From Haliotis rubra (lineage: Eukaryota): DNA of 64,000 nt. The stretch is taken from positions 62,001 to 126,000 of the forward strand of contig NW_025767173.1 of NCBI RefSeq assembly GCF_003918875.1. Reading direction: 5' to 3'. The notes under the pieces were generated by a model that ran no database searches, was not told the DNA's origin, and saw nothing but the letters and a program-made list of their open reading frames with translations. The translations under genes were made by a program, and so were the position numbers. This document shows positions 53,354 to 64,000 of the stretch, in pieces; the stretch's first letter is position 1; each line of letters starts with the position of its first letter.

Positions 53354-53595
53354 TTGTTTATAATATCACCCATATTATTATTATTATTGTATTATGTATT
53401 TGGGCCTATGGCCACACATGCATTATGGAAATAAAAACTACGGAAAAAAACTACGACACTTCAAGTAGAAATCGTCGGATCGGGAGGTTTCCGGATATCC
53501 TGGGTCCGGAAAAGTGTGCGTCCCCTAAATGTGTGTAAAGTTTCATTTCCCGGAACTTGGTGTCTAACGACTGTATATTCACGCCCACAACGCGA

Positions 53596-54266
53596 TCAGA
53601 GGATTATTTGCATCTGTTGAATTTGCCGTGTCAAGTTGTCCCTGTAACGTTTCTCTAGTTCACGGATGGCTGCAGTCAGTTTGTGAGGTATTCTTCTCAT
53701 CTGTTGCTCTTGCACATGCGTACTTTGTATTTTGCCTATTGCCCTGAGCATGTCATGTATTTGATCATTCGCCATCTTTGATTGTGTCCCAATGTTGACA
53801 AGCACGGGAGGGTTGTAGCAGAACTGGAGAAATTCTTTCAGGAAACTGGGAATGTTCTTGAGATATCCCTTCAAAGTGATATCGTCATCTAGTGTTGTGA
53901 ACACAAGCACTATTTTGTGTGATATTGGCTTCCTAGCAATTGCGCTGGCATGTTTGAAGAGCAGTTCCTCTTCATATGTCATTGGCGATGCCTTTACAAC
54001 AAGCAAGACAGCATCAGTGGAACTTGCCCTGCTCACCAACTCCTCAACAGTAGTCTGAATATTCTGTCTGTTGTGCAAGGAGAAACCTGGTGTGTCCATT
54101 ATCTGAAATGTCCTGTTATCCACGCTTGCCCGTCTCTCTTGACATACTGTTGTAGGTTTGAGTAATCCAGCTTCGAACAGTTTCTCGCCTGCAATTGTAT
54201 TGGCAAGGAGACTTTTCCCTGTCTTAGCGTAGCCCAGGAGCACAACACGCACGGTTTCTGTGGGAA
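53596..54266 (-). CDS. AIG1/GIMAP-family GTPase domain plus C-terminal coiled coil; terminal exon of a putative Schlafen-GIMAP fusion gene (copy 2)
   Basis: ORF 53596..54252 has G1 VVLLGYAKTGKSLLANTI, G2 PTT, G3 IMDTPGF, box DAVLLVV, G4-like VLVFTT.DD and a Q/E/R-rich helical tail. A splice acceptor (tgtgtttcag) precedes 54266. Confidence 0.88.
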
Positions 54267-54444
54267 CTGAAACACAAATGCGAACATTTATTTCAGTGAG
54301 TAGTCATCAGCGAGCTGCATTTTGTCTTTGAAGAAGGCAACATGCAATTGATCATATTTTAGCTATAAACTCACAACACTGAAATGAAAAAGGCATAAGC
54401 CGATAATTTACAATACGCGTTATGACATAATCAGTGATACTAAC

Positions 54445-54651
54445 CTTCATCGCGTTCGTAGATCCTCCAAATCGGAGTAGGAATTGCCTTCAGCTTGTCC
54501 TGAATTGCCTCCAGTTTGTGAGGTGTTGCGGATACCATGATGTGTTTAAACTGTGTCAAGTCCTGACGAGACTGGCGGAAAGATTCTATAGTCTCGATTG
54601 TCACTTCATCTGGGGCATGGCTGAAAGTAGGCATATTCACACTCCTTATCT
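54445..54651 (-). CDS. Internal exon: degenerate Schlafen-type helicase Walker B region, spliced in phase to the GIMAP exon
   Basis: VTIETIESF..LTQFKHIMVSAT..PTPIWRIYE resembles SLFN11 CRAETRKTF..FEHIQHIVIDEA..PGILWIFLD. Donor G|gttagt at 54445 (phase 1) matches acceptor cag|TT at 54266. Conserved in copy 1 (215..421). The 5' boundary is uncertain. Confidence 0.65.
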
Positions 54652-54886
54652 CTGACCATGCCATCACACAGAGATTGCGTGTTAGAATGTTCGTTAGCCA
54701 TAAGACCCAACACTAGGCTAAGCCACTAAACCTGCTGAATATACAAAGTACCTATCATGTATGATCACTTAGCCCCAGTCAACCCATTCTTGAAGAATAT
54801 ATAAAACAACCAGCTCAATATTTCATGCCCTTTACAATAATTCATTTGCTCTGATGGACCAAATTACCTCTAGTATACAAACCTAC

Positions 54887-55604
54887 TTTCGTTTGGTCTT
54901 TTCCTCCATGCTGTCACAGATGAGTAGTGTTTTCCCCCTGCGTTCCAGTCGTTGGGCAGCTTCGAACATGAACACAGCTTTCCCAGGTTGTGAATCAGGC
55001 ACGTCTAATGGTTGGTGCAGATCAATATTGTCAAGTAACATTGACAACTGTTCTTTCTTCAAAACCCAGAACGCTCCGACTTCCTTTCCTTTAGGTGGCA
55101 TTGGGATCCTTGTTCTTGCAACTGTGGCTGTTAAAGCAGTCTTCAGTCTTTCAAATTTCGAATCGTTCATGTACTTTTGATTAGGAAAGCACGATTCAAT
55201 TACCATAGACTTTCTCTTATGAACGGTATTGTGAAAGTTTTTCTTTTTGAGATATAGTTTTTCCTCGGTGGCCAAAAAGATAAGATTGAACTTTTCTGCT
55301 GGGTATTTTCCAAGAATTACCCTCATGCGGCGAGCCAATTCAGCATTATACTGTTCAATGCAACCAAATGCCTCAGATGCGAAAGATATAAAAATAGGAA
55401 GGCACTTTCGTGTAATGATTATTACGTCACATTGCAACATATCAGGAGGTTTGCTACTTGGCAAATTTAAGGTTGTTGCAAGCGACCGACCAAATACAGC
55501 AAATCCCCCTCCATTGTGTGCTAACAGTTCAGCAACTCGTTTCACCACATGCGGATGTTCCTTCTTGAGAGTCCCAACAAAGTTCAGTGGTAACATTGCC
55601 TGAT
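54887..55604 (-). CDS. Schlafen-like exon: SWADL/linker domain plus start of SF1 helicase lobe with degenerate Walker A
   Basis: ORF 54883..55647 reads GFAVFGRSLATTLNL..QCDVIIITRKCLPIF..EQYNAELARRMRVILGKY..FPNQKY..VLKKEQLSML..QPGKAVF..KTLLICDS. This is colinear with SLFN GILIFSRSWAVDLNL..ICDALLIAQNSTPIL..QDYCTRTAFTLKQKL..YPASY..LLTAQQYEIF..PGSGKT..RILYVCEN. Acceptor at 55604, donor gtaggt at 54886. Confidence 0.72.
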
Positions 55605-56051
55605 CTGCGTTAGTAAAGAAGTATGCAGTTAAGAGTATTAGACACATACATGTCAGTCAAGTATTATCAGGTGCTATACTGCCTTGACAGTTTCCATACA
55701 GTCTTTAAATTTGTCGATATGGATTAGACTATCAACACTCCATCATCTATAACTCCAGCACGACCATTTTGCAAACTACCCTAGTGTAGGTATTTCAACA
55801 CATTGGCCCTGAGGTTATAGAGCATGACAACAATTATAACGCGAACTGAAGGTGGCATTAGGGGTCGTTCATAACTTATGGTTTAGGTGTGGAGTGTGGG
55901 GGTGTTGATGATGATGATTATTATGGAGAGGCATGTACAATGTGAGTGACCTCACCACTCCCACCACCCTAAAATTTATGAAAAAAGAGACCCCTGCATG
56001 CCATGTACAAAATTGATGACACCCCACCACACACCCCTCCCTAGAACAGTA

Positions 56052-56298
56052 CCCGTGAAGGTCCGGGTTAAAATGAACCTTCAGTAACCCATGCTTGTCG
56101 TAAGAGGCGACTAACGGGATCGGGTGGTCAGGCTCACTGGCTTGGTTGACACGTGAAATCGGTCCCATTTGCGCAGTGAGATGCTCATGCTATTGATCAC
56201 TGGATTGTCTGGTCCAGACTCGAGTATATATAGACCGCCGCCATATAGCTGGAATATTGCTGAGTGCGGCGTAAAACTAAACTCACTCACTCACTCAC
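56052..56298 (+). mobile_element. SINE family B (truncated paralog at 1523..1703)
   Basis: Complete body, (actc)n tail, TSD ctccctagaaca. Confidence 0.88.
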
Positions 56299-56635
56299 TC
56301 CCTAGAACAAAATGGGTGACCTCCCCTTACAATCATCATAAACAAGGGTGCGGTTGTTGAACTCTTAGACTTTTGTACTGTGACAATTTCGGTACATTAT
56401 GTAGATATGTACAACATTACGTCATCCAAAGCGATAGCCTTTGTCATCAGGGGTCCCTTTGTTAGCCTGAATTGTCATGTGTCAGTTTCTCTGGGACTTT
56501 CAACTGGTTAAACCTAACTGTCCCTTCTAAATCTTGGAATTACTGATTATGCATGCATGAATCATTTAAGTGTATTATTTTTTCATTAGATATAGAGCGT
56601 CGGTGAATATGCGTAAGGAGTCGGTTATTCTATAC

Positions 56636-56752
56636 CTTGTGAAAAATATGCATGAGCAGCATCGAAGCTGTCACCATAGTAGTAGGTAGTTGGCGGAAAT
56701 GGATCACTGCATGGTAATGTCAGCTGGCGTTTTTCTCTGTCTGTATCTGACC
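56636..56752 (-). CDS. Probable upstream exon of the Schlafen-GIMAP gene
   Basis: 117-bp phase1/phase1 exon (tttcag|...|gtatag) reading SDTDREKRQLTLPCSDPFPPTTYYYGDSFDAAHAYFSQ. It is open in both duplicated copies, with synonymous differences (ACT/ACC, AGT/AGC), and its phase matches the acceptor at 55604. Confidence 0.45.
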
Positions 56753-56784
56753 CTGAAATTGACATGAACATGCTTAGGAAACGA

Positions 56785-57208
56785 GGTGAGGTGAGGTGAA
56801 ATTGGGTTTAACGTCGTACTTGAGAATATATGGCTCATATGACGACGTGCATGCGTGTGTATGTGTATGTGCGGCTGCTTATACTAGCCCAGACTTAAGC
56901 TGGTTTTATAGTGCTAGCCCACTGAGATACCATGCCGCAGTGAAGCATGAATACCCCACTCAAAGGTGGTTTTATAGTACTAGCCCACTGAGATACCATG
57001 CCGCAGAGAAGCATGAATACCCCACTCAGACACATTATATTGACTCCGAGCCGACCAGTCCTTGTTCTACCCATTAATGCCGAGCGCCAGGCAGGGACCA
57101 ACAAGTACCATATTTTAATGTCTTTTGGTATGACGCGGTCGGGGATCGAACCCGCGACCTTCCGCTTTCCGGGCGGACGCTCTAACCACTACACCAGGGA
57201 CACGGTCC
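56785..57208 (-). mobile_element. SINE family C with internal duplication of about 65 bp
   Basis: Reverse complement of 44823..45177; 13-bp TSD gcttaggaaacga; empty site in the paralog at about 2184. Confidence 0.9.
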
Positions 57209-58076
57209 GCTTAGGAAACGAAGTTCCGAGGCTTGAGGTATACGTGTTATACAAAAATTTGTCTTTTTTCTAATGGGGAGTCGTGGGTCCAGGGAAACGT
57301 AGGAACCAAATATCCTGTTTGACTCAACTGAAGAGTAGCAGTTCTTTATGGTTTTGACAAACTGACAAACCGATAAAGCAAGAGACGGACAACTCTCCGC
57401 AAGCACTCGGTATCATCGTAATTTCTGCAATGATTCATAAACACATGCTCATGATGCGCGTGGGTAATCGACGTTGATTTTATTTTGTTCCCTTGGAAGT
57501 GTTTTCCGCCTCCACAAGTAACCTCTTCCTTGTGAATAAAGGAACAGTTTCGCAAAAACAGGAGTTCAACTGGTGCCAAATGGAGTGGCTTTTTGTCTAA
57601 ATGGCGTACATCTAGACGTCATAAATGAAGAATAACATGTAACAACTTTACTTTAACTCTTCACTTTACTTTACAAGTTTACTTTGTAATTCAGGCCACA
57701 TGGCCCATGGTACAGTTGTAAGATATAACATATGGGTCACGTGTCAGAGTGTTACATATTTGTCAATCTCATTCTAAATAATGTACAGAGATATAAAGCT
57801 ATCAAGCGCAGTACATTAATATCACAGGAGATAAATACATTTGCTAACTCTACCAATAATGTTTCTATAATAAGGTAAGAAAACTATTTTGAATATCTTT
57901 CTTATATACAAAAACAATCTGGTATTCCATATGGTATTCCATTCTGAATTCATAGGTTGCTCTAACTAACTGCTTGTCCATGAGTACATAATTCGGGCTG
58001 CAGACGACACATGTTATGTCAAAATAATGCACTAAAATGCAGACAACTCCAAACAGTGGCAACACTTTGGGAAATA

Positions 58077-59571
58077 TACTGAACCACAAAAGAAATGTCG
58101 CACCGATGGCGGTTCCTTAAAGCACACTTTAATTCAGTCTAATTGACAATCAAAACGGAGGATTGAGTTCAAATGTGACAAATTACGGGTTAACACACTT
58201 TCGGGAATCACATTTAGAGTTCACACAAACAAAATCACCAAAAATGGTACCATTAAGATACCCCAAAGTCAGTATTATGTGTGGCTGGTATGGGCAACGA
58301 TGAAAGGGTAGTGAATTAGCTGATTGATGAAAGCCATAGGCACTTGGGTCCATACTCTGTGAAATGCCTGCTCGAGTCCCGCAGCAGTTGTCGGCCTTGG
58401 GTGGAGGTCATTCAGTCTTCTTTGATTCTCGTCCCAATAGTGTTCTACTGGGCTCAAATCCGGACTTAGTGCAGGCTATTGTAGGGTTTGGATGCCATGT
58501 TGTCTTGGGAAGTCCAATGTTACTCTGGCAGTGTGGGCACGAGCGTTGTCTTGCTGGAACGTCCAAAATGTGGTACAACGTGGGGTCTTATGACTTGTTC
58601 AGCATAGCGAGCAGCTGTCACGTCACTTCCTCATCCTGGACCGAGATTCAGGAACAACTCGGTGCCAGTTATCTGGTTCAGACCGACTGCACCCCACACT
58701 ATGATGCTTGGACCACACCACGAGTCTATTTCAACAATACACTCATTGGAAAACAGTTCCCTACGCCTCCAACATACTCTCACTCCGTCATCGACAGTCG
58801 AAACACAATACCGGCTTTCATGAGAGAAAAGCACAGTTCTCCATTGTCGATAATGCCAATTTCGATGCTGAGTTGACCATTGAAGTCGGTTTTGCCGGTG
58901 TGAGCGGTGAGGACACGACTACGATATGATCTGTGACAACAGCAGTTTCCTCCGTGCAAACGTCTACACACTGTATCGGCACTGATGGGTCTGTTGTGAG
59001 CCCCAATTGTCTGGCGTGCTGTGTACCTCGCTCTAGGGAAGCGATCCTGCAGAGGGTGACGCACAATCTGTCGTTCTTGTTACTGATGTTACTGAAGGTC
59101 GCCCACTGCTTCGACGGTTTTGGATGCTGTTAGTCACCTGATACCACTCCTGCAGTCGGTAGATTGTCCTAACATGAACATTAAAATCATTGGCTACCCT
59201 CGATGCAGTCTGGCCAACTTGCAGTCCTCCCAAGACTTGGTTCCGCTGATCTCTCTTAAGTCGTGCCATGGCGATTTTGTCAAAACAAGAATGATTTCAG
59301 GCGAGTTTGGGACTCGCTTTCATTGGAAGGGTTCGTTGTCACGATATGCACGTACATTTTCATTTTCACGAATGTCATAGGGAAACTTTAACCACGTCTG
59401 CCTTTTAGGTGCGTTCGGTCGATATGTTTGTTTATCAACAAACACGCTGATGTTGGTAATAACTGTCAATTTGGAATGAAAAACATGTCAACAAAACGAT
59501 ACAGTCATAAATATAATCACCATTTTGTAAGAACTCGTTTTGAAAGGCGACGTTTCGTTAGTGGTTCAGTA
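58077..59571 (-). mobile_element. Degenerate Tc1-like transposon, about 1.5 kb
   Basis: TIRs tactgaaccacaaaagaaatgtcgc / gcgacgtttcgttagtggttcagta with TA flanks. Broken transposase MARLKRDQRNQVLG..SGRP..FSHESR..VWGAV..LSPVEHYWD. Confidence 0.88.
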
Positions 59572-60144
59572 TATATATCTTAAAATTATGTCTTCTAAAA
59601 GCCGACAAAACATGTTCTTATCACCAGGCTCTCGGTATTATCACACTTACACAACACCAGCATTAAGTAGCATGTGTCTCGCACAGACGATCAATTAATT
59701 ATCTTTACCATTTTCACCTAACACTTTAAGGATAACATGACCCTGGGAATGATATCGGCTTCACTGATTCATTGCTTTCGCAAACATTTAGTTCAGTACC
59801 TAATTACCCTTATTTGAGTATCTATACGCTGACGTCCAGAATTCAAACTAAGAACATGTTTCAAATTGCATGCTCGTACCTAATTTCATGTTGATATTTC
59901 ATACGCCATACTTCCGAACCATACATCAACTTTGGAGCACTTCCAACATATTCCACAGGCAATAAAGATCTCATTACTGCCTTGCATGGCAAGAGTTTCC
60001 GATTAAATCTTTTTTAACCGTGATTGGAATTGGATTGGAATTGAATTCCAATATAATGTTAAAGGGATTTTCCGTCTTTTCCCTCACATTACCCAGTGTA
60101 CGTGATTCGTACTGAGATCTTATCCACCCATTTCAAACTAGCTT

Positions 60145-61778
60145 ACTTCAATTCTTTATTCGTGTAAATGTAGGCCATCGGCCCATGGTACAACGTTATA
60201 CATTGGCAGCCTTCAAGCTGTAGCGACGACGATTGTTAGCATAAAAGATAAACATGGCAAGATTTCTTAAAACAAGAGGAGTAGCATTACTCATCAGTCG
60301 ATTAAATTTACACAAGGTTGGATGGGTGAAAACATCGACAGGGATAAAACGTTTACGTAGATCATCATAGACAGTACAAATCAGTAAAAAGTGGTACTCA
60401 TTTTCTACAAAATTACAGGAACACATTTCACACAATCTTGAGTTTTTTGGTTTCTTTATATATCTACCAGTTCCTATATTCAGTTGGTGTGAACTACACC
60501 TGAACCTCGCTAAGGCAATACGAAATTTCTTGATAGTTATGCAATGGAGATATGGCTCAACACCAAAAATATATTTAAATTGAGAATATCTCAAAATGTT
60601 TATGCCATGACAATGTTTGTGAAAATACTATTCCCAAATATCTATATGAAGAAACGCACTCAATTAATTTACCTCCTAGATACCATTTTTCGTGCTTAGT
60701 AAGGATGCTACCATTTCTAAACACAACAATTTTAGATTTATCTAAGTTGACATATAGCTTGTATTCCTTGCAATGCTGTTCAAGGACATAATACGTTTTT
60801 TGTAGCCCATAGATGGCGTCAGAGAATAGAGTGACATCATCAGCAAATAGAAGGAGAAACAACTGAGTTAATTCTGGATGTAACTGTATGCCCGGATAAC
60901 ACAACGATTCAATACGATCAGCTAAATCGTTTATAAAAAAGGAGAACAAGAAGGGACTCAAGACACATCTTTGACGAACTCCAATATTACAGTCGAACAA
61001 CTGTGAAAAAGAATTATTGACTTTAAGGCAAGATTTAACACAACTATAGATGGATTGATGCAAGTTAACATCTTGGGTGTTAATCCTTTCTGTTGCAAAA
61101 CTAACGATAATTTCGATCTATTTACCAAATCAAATGCTTTCGAAAAGTCGATGAAGAAAGCATACAACTTACCCTTTTTTTGATAGAATTCTCTGTGTAA
61201 TAGAATGAAGAATAAAGATGTTGTCGACGGTTGAGTATCCTGTTCTAAACCCTGCCTGTGCCTCGGATATTTTAGCATAAGCTTCACTCCAAAATTTTTC
61301 GTCTGTCGTTAATCACTGCAATATAAACTTTGCTAAATACAATGAGAATAGTAATTCCTCTATAATTTGAAACTGAATCTCGATCTCCCTTTTTATGAAT
61401 AGGAACAATAAGACCAACCGACCACTGAGCAGGAAACACACCATTATCAAAGATCATGTTGAATAGAACTGTTTAATACGGAACAAGAATATCAGAAGAA
61501 AACTTGAAAAATTCAGCAATTAACTTATCATCGCCCGCAGATTTAGAGTACTTGAGGGTATTTATTGCTTTGGTAACCTCCTCTACTGTAATGGGCGAGT
61601 CCAGAATTGTTGTAACATTAATATCCGTGTGCTGATATTCGCTATTGTAAGTTGCATTACCATCTATCGACCCAGCAGCGTTCATGTACATATTACAGAA
61701 ATAGTCAAACCACTCTTGTAAAGATATATTGGGATGAACTACGGTTGTCCCCGAAAACCTTTTGAATATGTTCCAAAA
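60145..61778 (-). mobile_element. Truncated, internally deleted RTE-X-like LINE ORF2
   Basis: ITVEEV..KSAGDD, FIDFSKAFD, GVRQRCVLSP, LLFADD, YRYLG, LARFRCSSH, CEMC..ENEYHFLLIC; AATAAA at the 3' end. Confidence 0.88.
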
Positions 61779-63562
61779 GGGAACTAGTCAAAAGGGCCGA
61801 AAGACAAAAGGGGCGAGAAGTGCCTAGTCAAAAGGGCCGATTTGAAAAGTCATAAGGGCCGAGGTGAAAGTCAAAAGGGCCATGACAAAAGTCAAATGGG
61901 CCGAGGTGAAAGTCAAATGGGCCGAACAGAAAAAAAGTTTGGAAAGGTTTTACATTATTTATTGACACATATAGCATAATATCAGCATAACATTAATAAA
62001 GCATGTAGCCAAGTTTTCATGTAATGACAATACATATATTTAATCAACACAAGTTCACATAATTAACAAAACTAACATTATGGCAATTTACACGAGTTCA
62101 TTCATTCATAATTTACACAAGTTCATTCATTCATAATTTACACAATGCGGACTGACTGGTTGAATACACACCAACTGACCACTGTGAAGATGGAGTGACT
62201 CATCCACTGCCGCTCCCATGTAGTCACAGAGATCAACCAGCTTCTGTGACGACGCTCTCAAGACAAGAATAGGATCAGAAGATGACTTTGAAAAATGTGG
62301 CTATATGAATATGATGCTTTTACGAATGAATGAATGTGTTCCTGGCAATGTCGCCAGATGGCTTGTGTAAGATGGAAAACACAGCCGCGTAGCTTGACAT
62401 CGGGGAGGAGTCGATCAAATACCTTCCATGTGGCAGCTTCGAAATCCAGCATCTTCGTATGACTTTCAACTTCCAATTCCAAATCTTTCGGATTCTTTGG
62501 CCGAAGTTTTTCTCTACACCTGTTGGCGATACGAGCTAAATATTCAGGGTTGTCTCTGCTCCCGGATGGCAGTATTGGATCTTCCATATCGCTGGTGACA
62601 TTAAACAGGTCTTGCGTTGCAGTCACTTCATCTATAACAACAAGGTTGATTGATCCAATAAAGAATCAATTCAATTCGTTAACATCTACCAATTAACAAT
62701 TAAGGATGTTCAATTGACAATTTAACTAATCCTAATTAGGAATCAATCAATAGAAAGTACTACTCACCTTAGCTCTTACTTGGACTGAAACAGTTTTGCC
62801 TGCCTCTGCTGTGTGGCTGTGGTTATGTTTGCCTGGCACTCTGTCTCCTGTTGAATTGGTCTCGGCAACAGTTGCCTTACAGGGACGTTTGCTACATCTG
62901 TAGTAAATCTTATTCTGAGTGACCTCCTGAAAGATGTAATAAAACAACGTTAATATAACGTCAAAAACAATAACATAAAATAAAGACATATCCAGGTATA
63001 GTATGGTTGATATAATAGGATTAAGATGTAGCAATACCTTTATTACGTAGGTGAATCCATTCCTGCCTACCAGCTTGGGTTTTGATTTCTGTGAGCCGTC
63101 CGATACCAACGTGTATGGAGGATCTTCCACCTCCCGCTCCTCCGCAAGAATATCCTCCTCCATTGATCTGTTATGTCAATAGAAACTTGTGTTAATAAAA
63201 TACATAAACTTGAAAATATATAATATATATAATTGTTTGATGGCATTAAGTTATATGTTATACATTATGACGTTAAATATACTTACACTTCCTAAACTTC
63301 AAGAATATCATCGAAAGCAACGGATGGAGCATCTATTGAAGAATCCAACTGGAGTGAGTGAGTGAGTGAGTTAGGAATAGATGTCTTGCATAAATGACAC
63401 AAGAAATTAAATTCTTCTCCACTTCTGCATAAGTCTAGGTAGCCGACACGAGTCATCCCTGTCCCACAAATCCTGTGTGTCCATGGCTGACATTGATCAC
63501 ACTCTTAGGCATGCTGATTTCTTCTTATAGTCTTAGAGCACTGCGCACAATGGACAGCCATG
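61779..63562 (-). mobile_element. MULE (Mutator-like) transposon relic with PHD-like and FLYWCH domains
   Basis: DFEAATW..VKLRGCVFHLTQAIWR (MULE core), YYRCSKRPCKAT..GKHNHSH (FLYWCH), CPLC..ECDQCQPWTHRIC (PHD-like). About 20-bp subterminal repeats gtcaaaagggccga at 61787..61925. Confidence 0.78.
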
Positions 63563-64000
63563 GTTAGTGTTGTGAATGTTGTGATGATGATGATTTGGGG
63601 TTTAACGTCGGCTTTTAGCTGTAGCCAATGTCGCCGACGGGGTAGGTGGGAGGTAAGATAATAATAAATAGGTTTAAAATAAGGAGTAAACCACCGTACC
63701 CAAAAAAATATAAATGATGGGGCATTAACCTAAGTGGGATTTTGAAGTGAAAAACTTTAAAAACATGAGAAAAAATAAATAAAAAGCCAATATTATGAAG
63801 GGAAAGGGAGAGAAAAAGAAAAAGCAATACACTTGAATTTATTAGTGCTAAGAGATAGAGTTATAACTAGATAGTAATGGTGAAAATGTTGGGCCTATGT
63901 TGGGGGTGGGGGTGGGGGTGGGGAAAAGGAGATTATAAGGAAGTATAGCATAGTGGGGCATGTATAGGAATGCAGGTAGGCTGCATAATTAGTATAAGGG

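Larger units (their letters stand above)
48890..53444 (+). mobile_element. Near-full-length non-LTR retrotransposon (RTE-X-like LINE), inactivated
   Basis: ORF1 with coiled coil and L1-type RRM/CTD (RKNNVIFY, YRLGR, RPLLLRF, VSNDLT). ORF2 with APE (FWNIDG, ETW, SGGI, VYVPP, GDLNAR), RT (NYRGITL, EEQAGFR, DFRKAFD, QGCVLSP, LFADD, YKYLG) and a C-terminal CxxC..ED..HF..C. AATAAA and A-rich tail. The 5' end is approximate. Confidence 0.92.
54254..59245 (+). repeat. Segmental duplication, paralogous to 1..4030
   Basis: Same alignment as above. This copy has an extra SINE (56785..57208) and retains segments deleted in copy 1. Confidence 0.95.

Noticed and set aside
53596-53615. CaaX prenylation motif on the GIMAP tail
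   Set aside because: The frame ends QIIL, with no Cys; a TGC nearby is out of frame.
57182-57579. Further upstream exons or an AlbA/Schlafen nuclease domain
   Set aside because: Candidate frames differ by indels between the two copies and I could not see an AlbA-type motif; left unresolved.
60064-60073. NF-kB site GGGATTTTCC upstream of the Schlafen-GIMAP gene
   Set aside because: A single 10-mer between transposon relics, with the transcription start unknown; expected by chance.

Overview
Eukaryotic, AT-rich, intron-containing DNA, most likely from a mollusc (the SINE families and gene set suggest a gastropod such as abalone; this is inference). The window is a repeat-rich innate-immunity/glycan locus. 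It holds: (1) two copies, 54.25 kb apart, of a minus-strand gene in which a Schlafen-like SWADL/linker region and a degenerate Schlafen helicase lobe are followed by an AIG1/GIMAP GTPase exon. The copy at 53.6-56.8 kb is the more complete one; the copy at the window start has an internal deletion and runs off the edge. (2) A single-exon Toll-like receptor broken by one frameshift. (3) Two tandem 10-exon heparanase-like (GH79) genes that lack the proenzyme linker; one has the catalytic acid/base Glu replaced by Ala. (4) A near-full-length RTE-X-like LINE whose ORF1 carries a 2A/StopGo motif (DVEVNPGP) and is separated from an ATG-less ORF2 by one in-frame TAG. (5) Four Tc1-type elements or relics, a Tc1-type MITE, a piggyBac-like non-autonomous element, a MULE/FLYWCH relic, three SINE families, two large minisatellites (21 and 45 bp units) and a 588-bp tandem duplication. 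All homology calls are by eye and from memory of family motifs; no searches were run.
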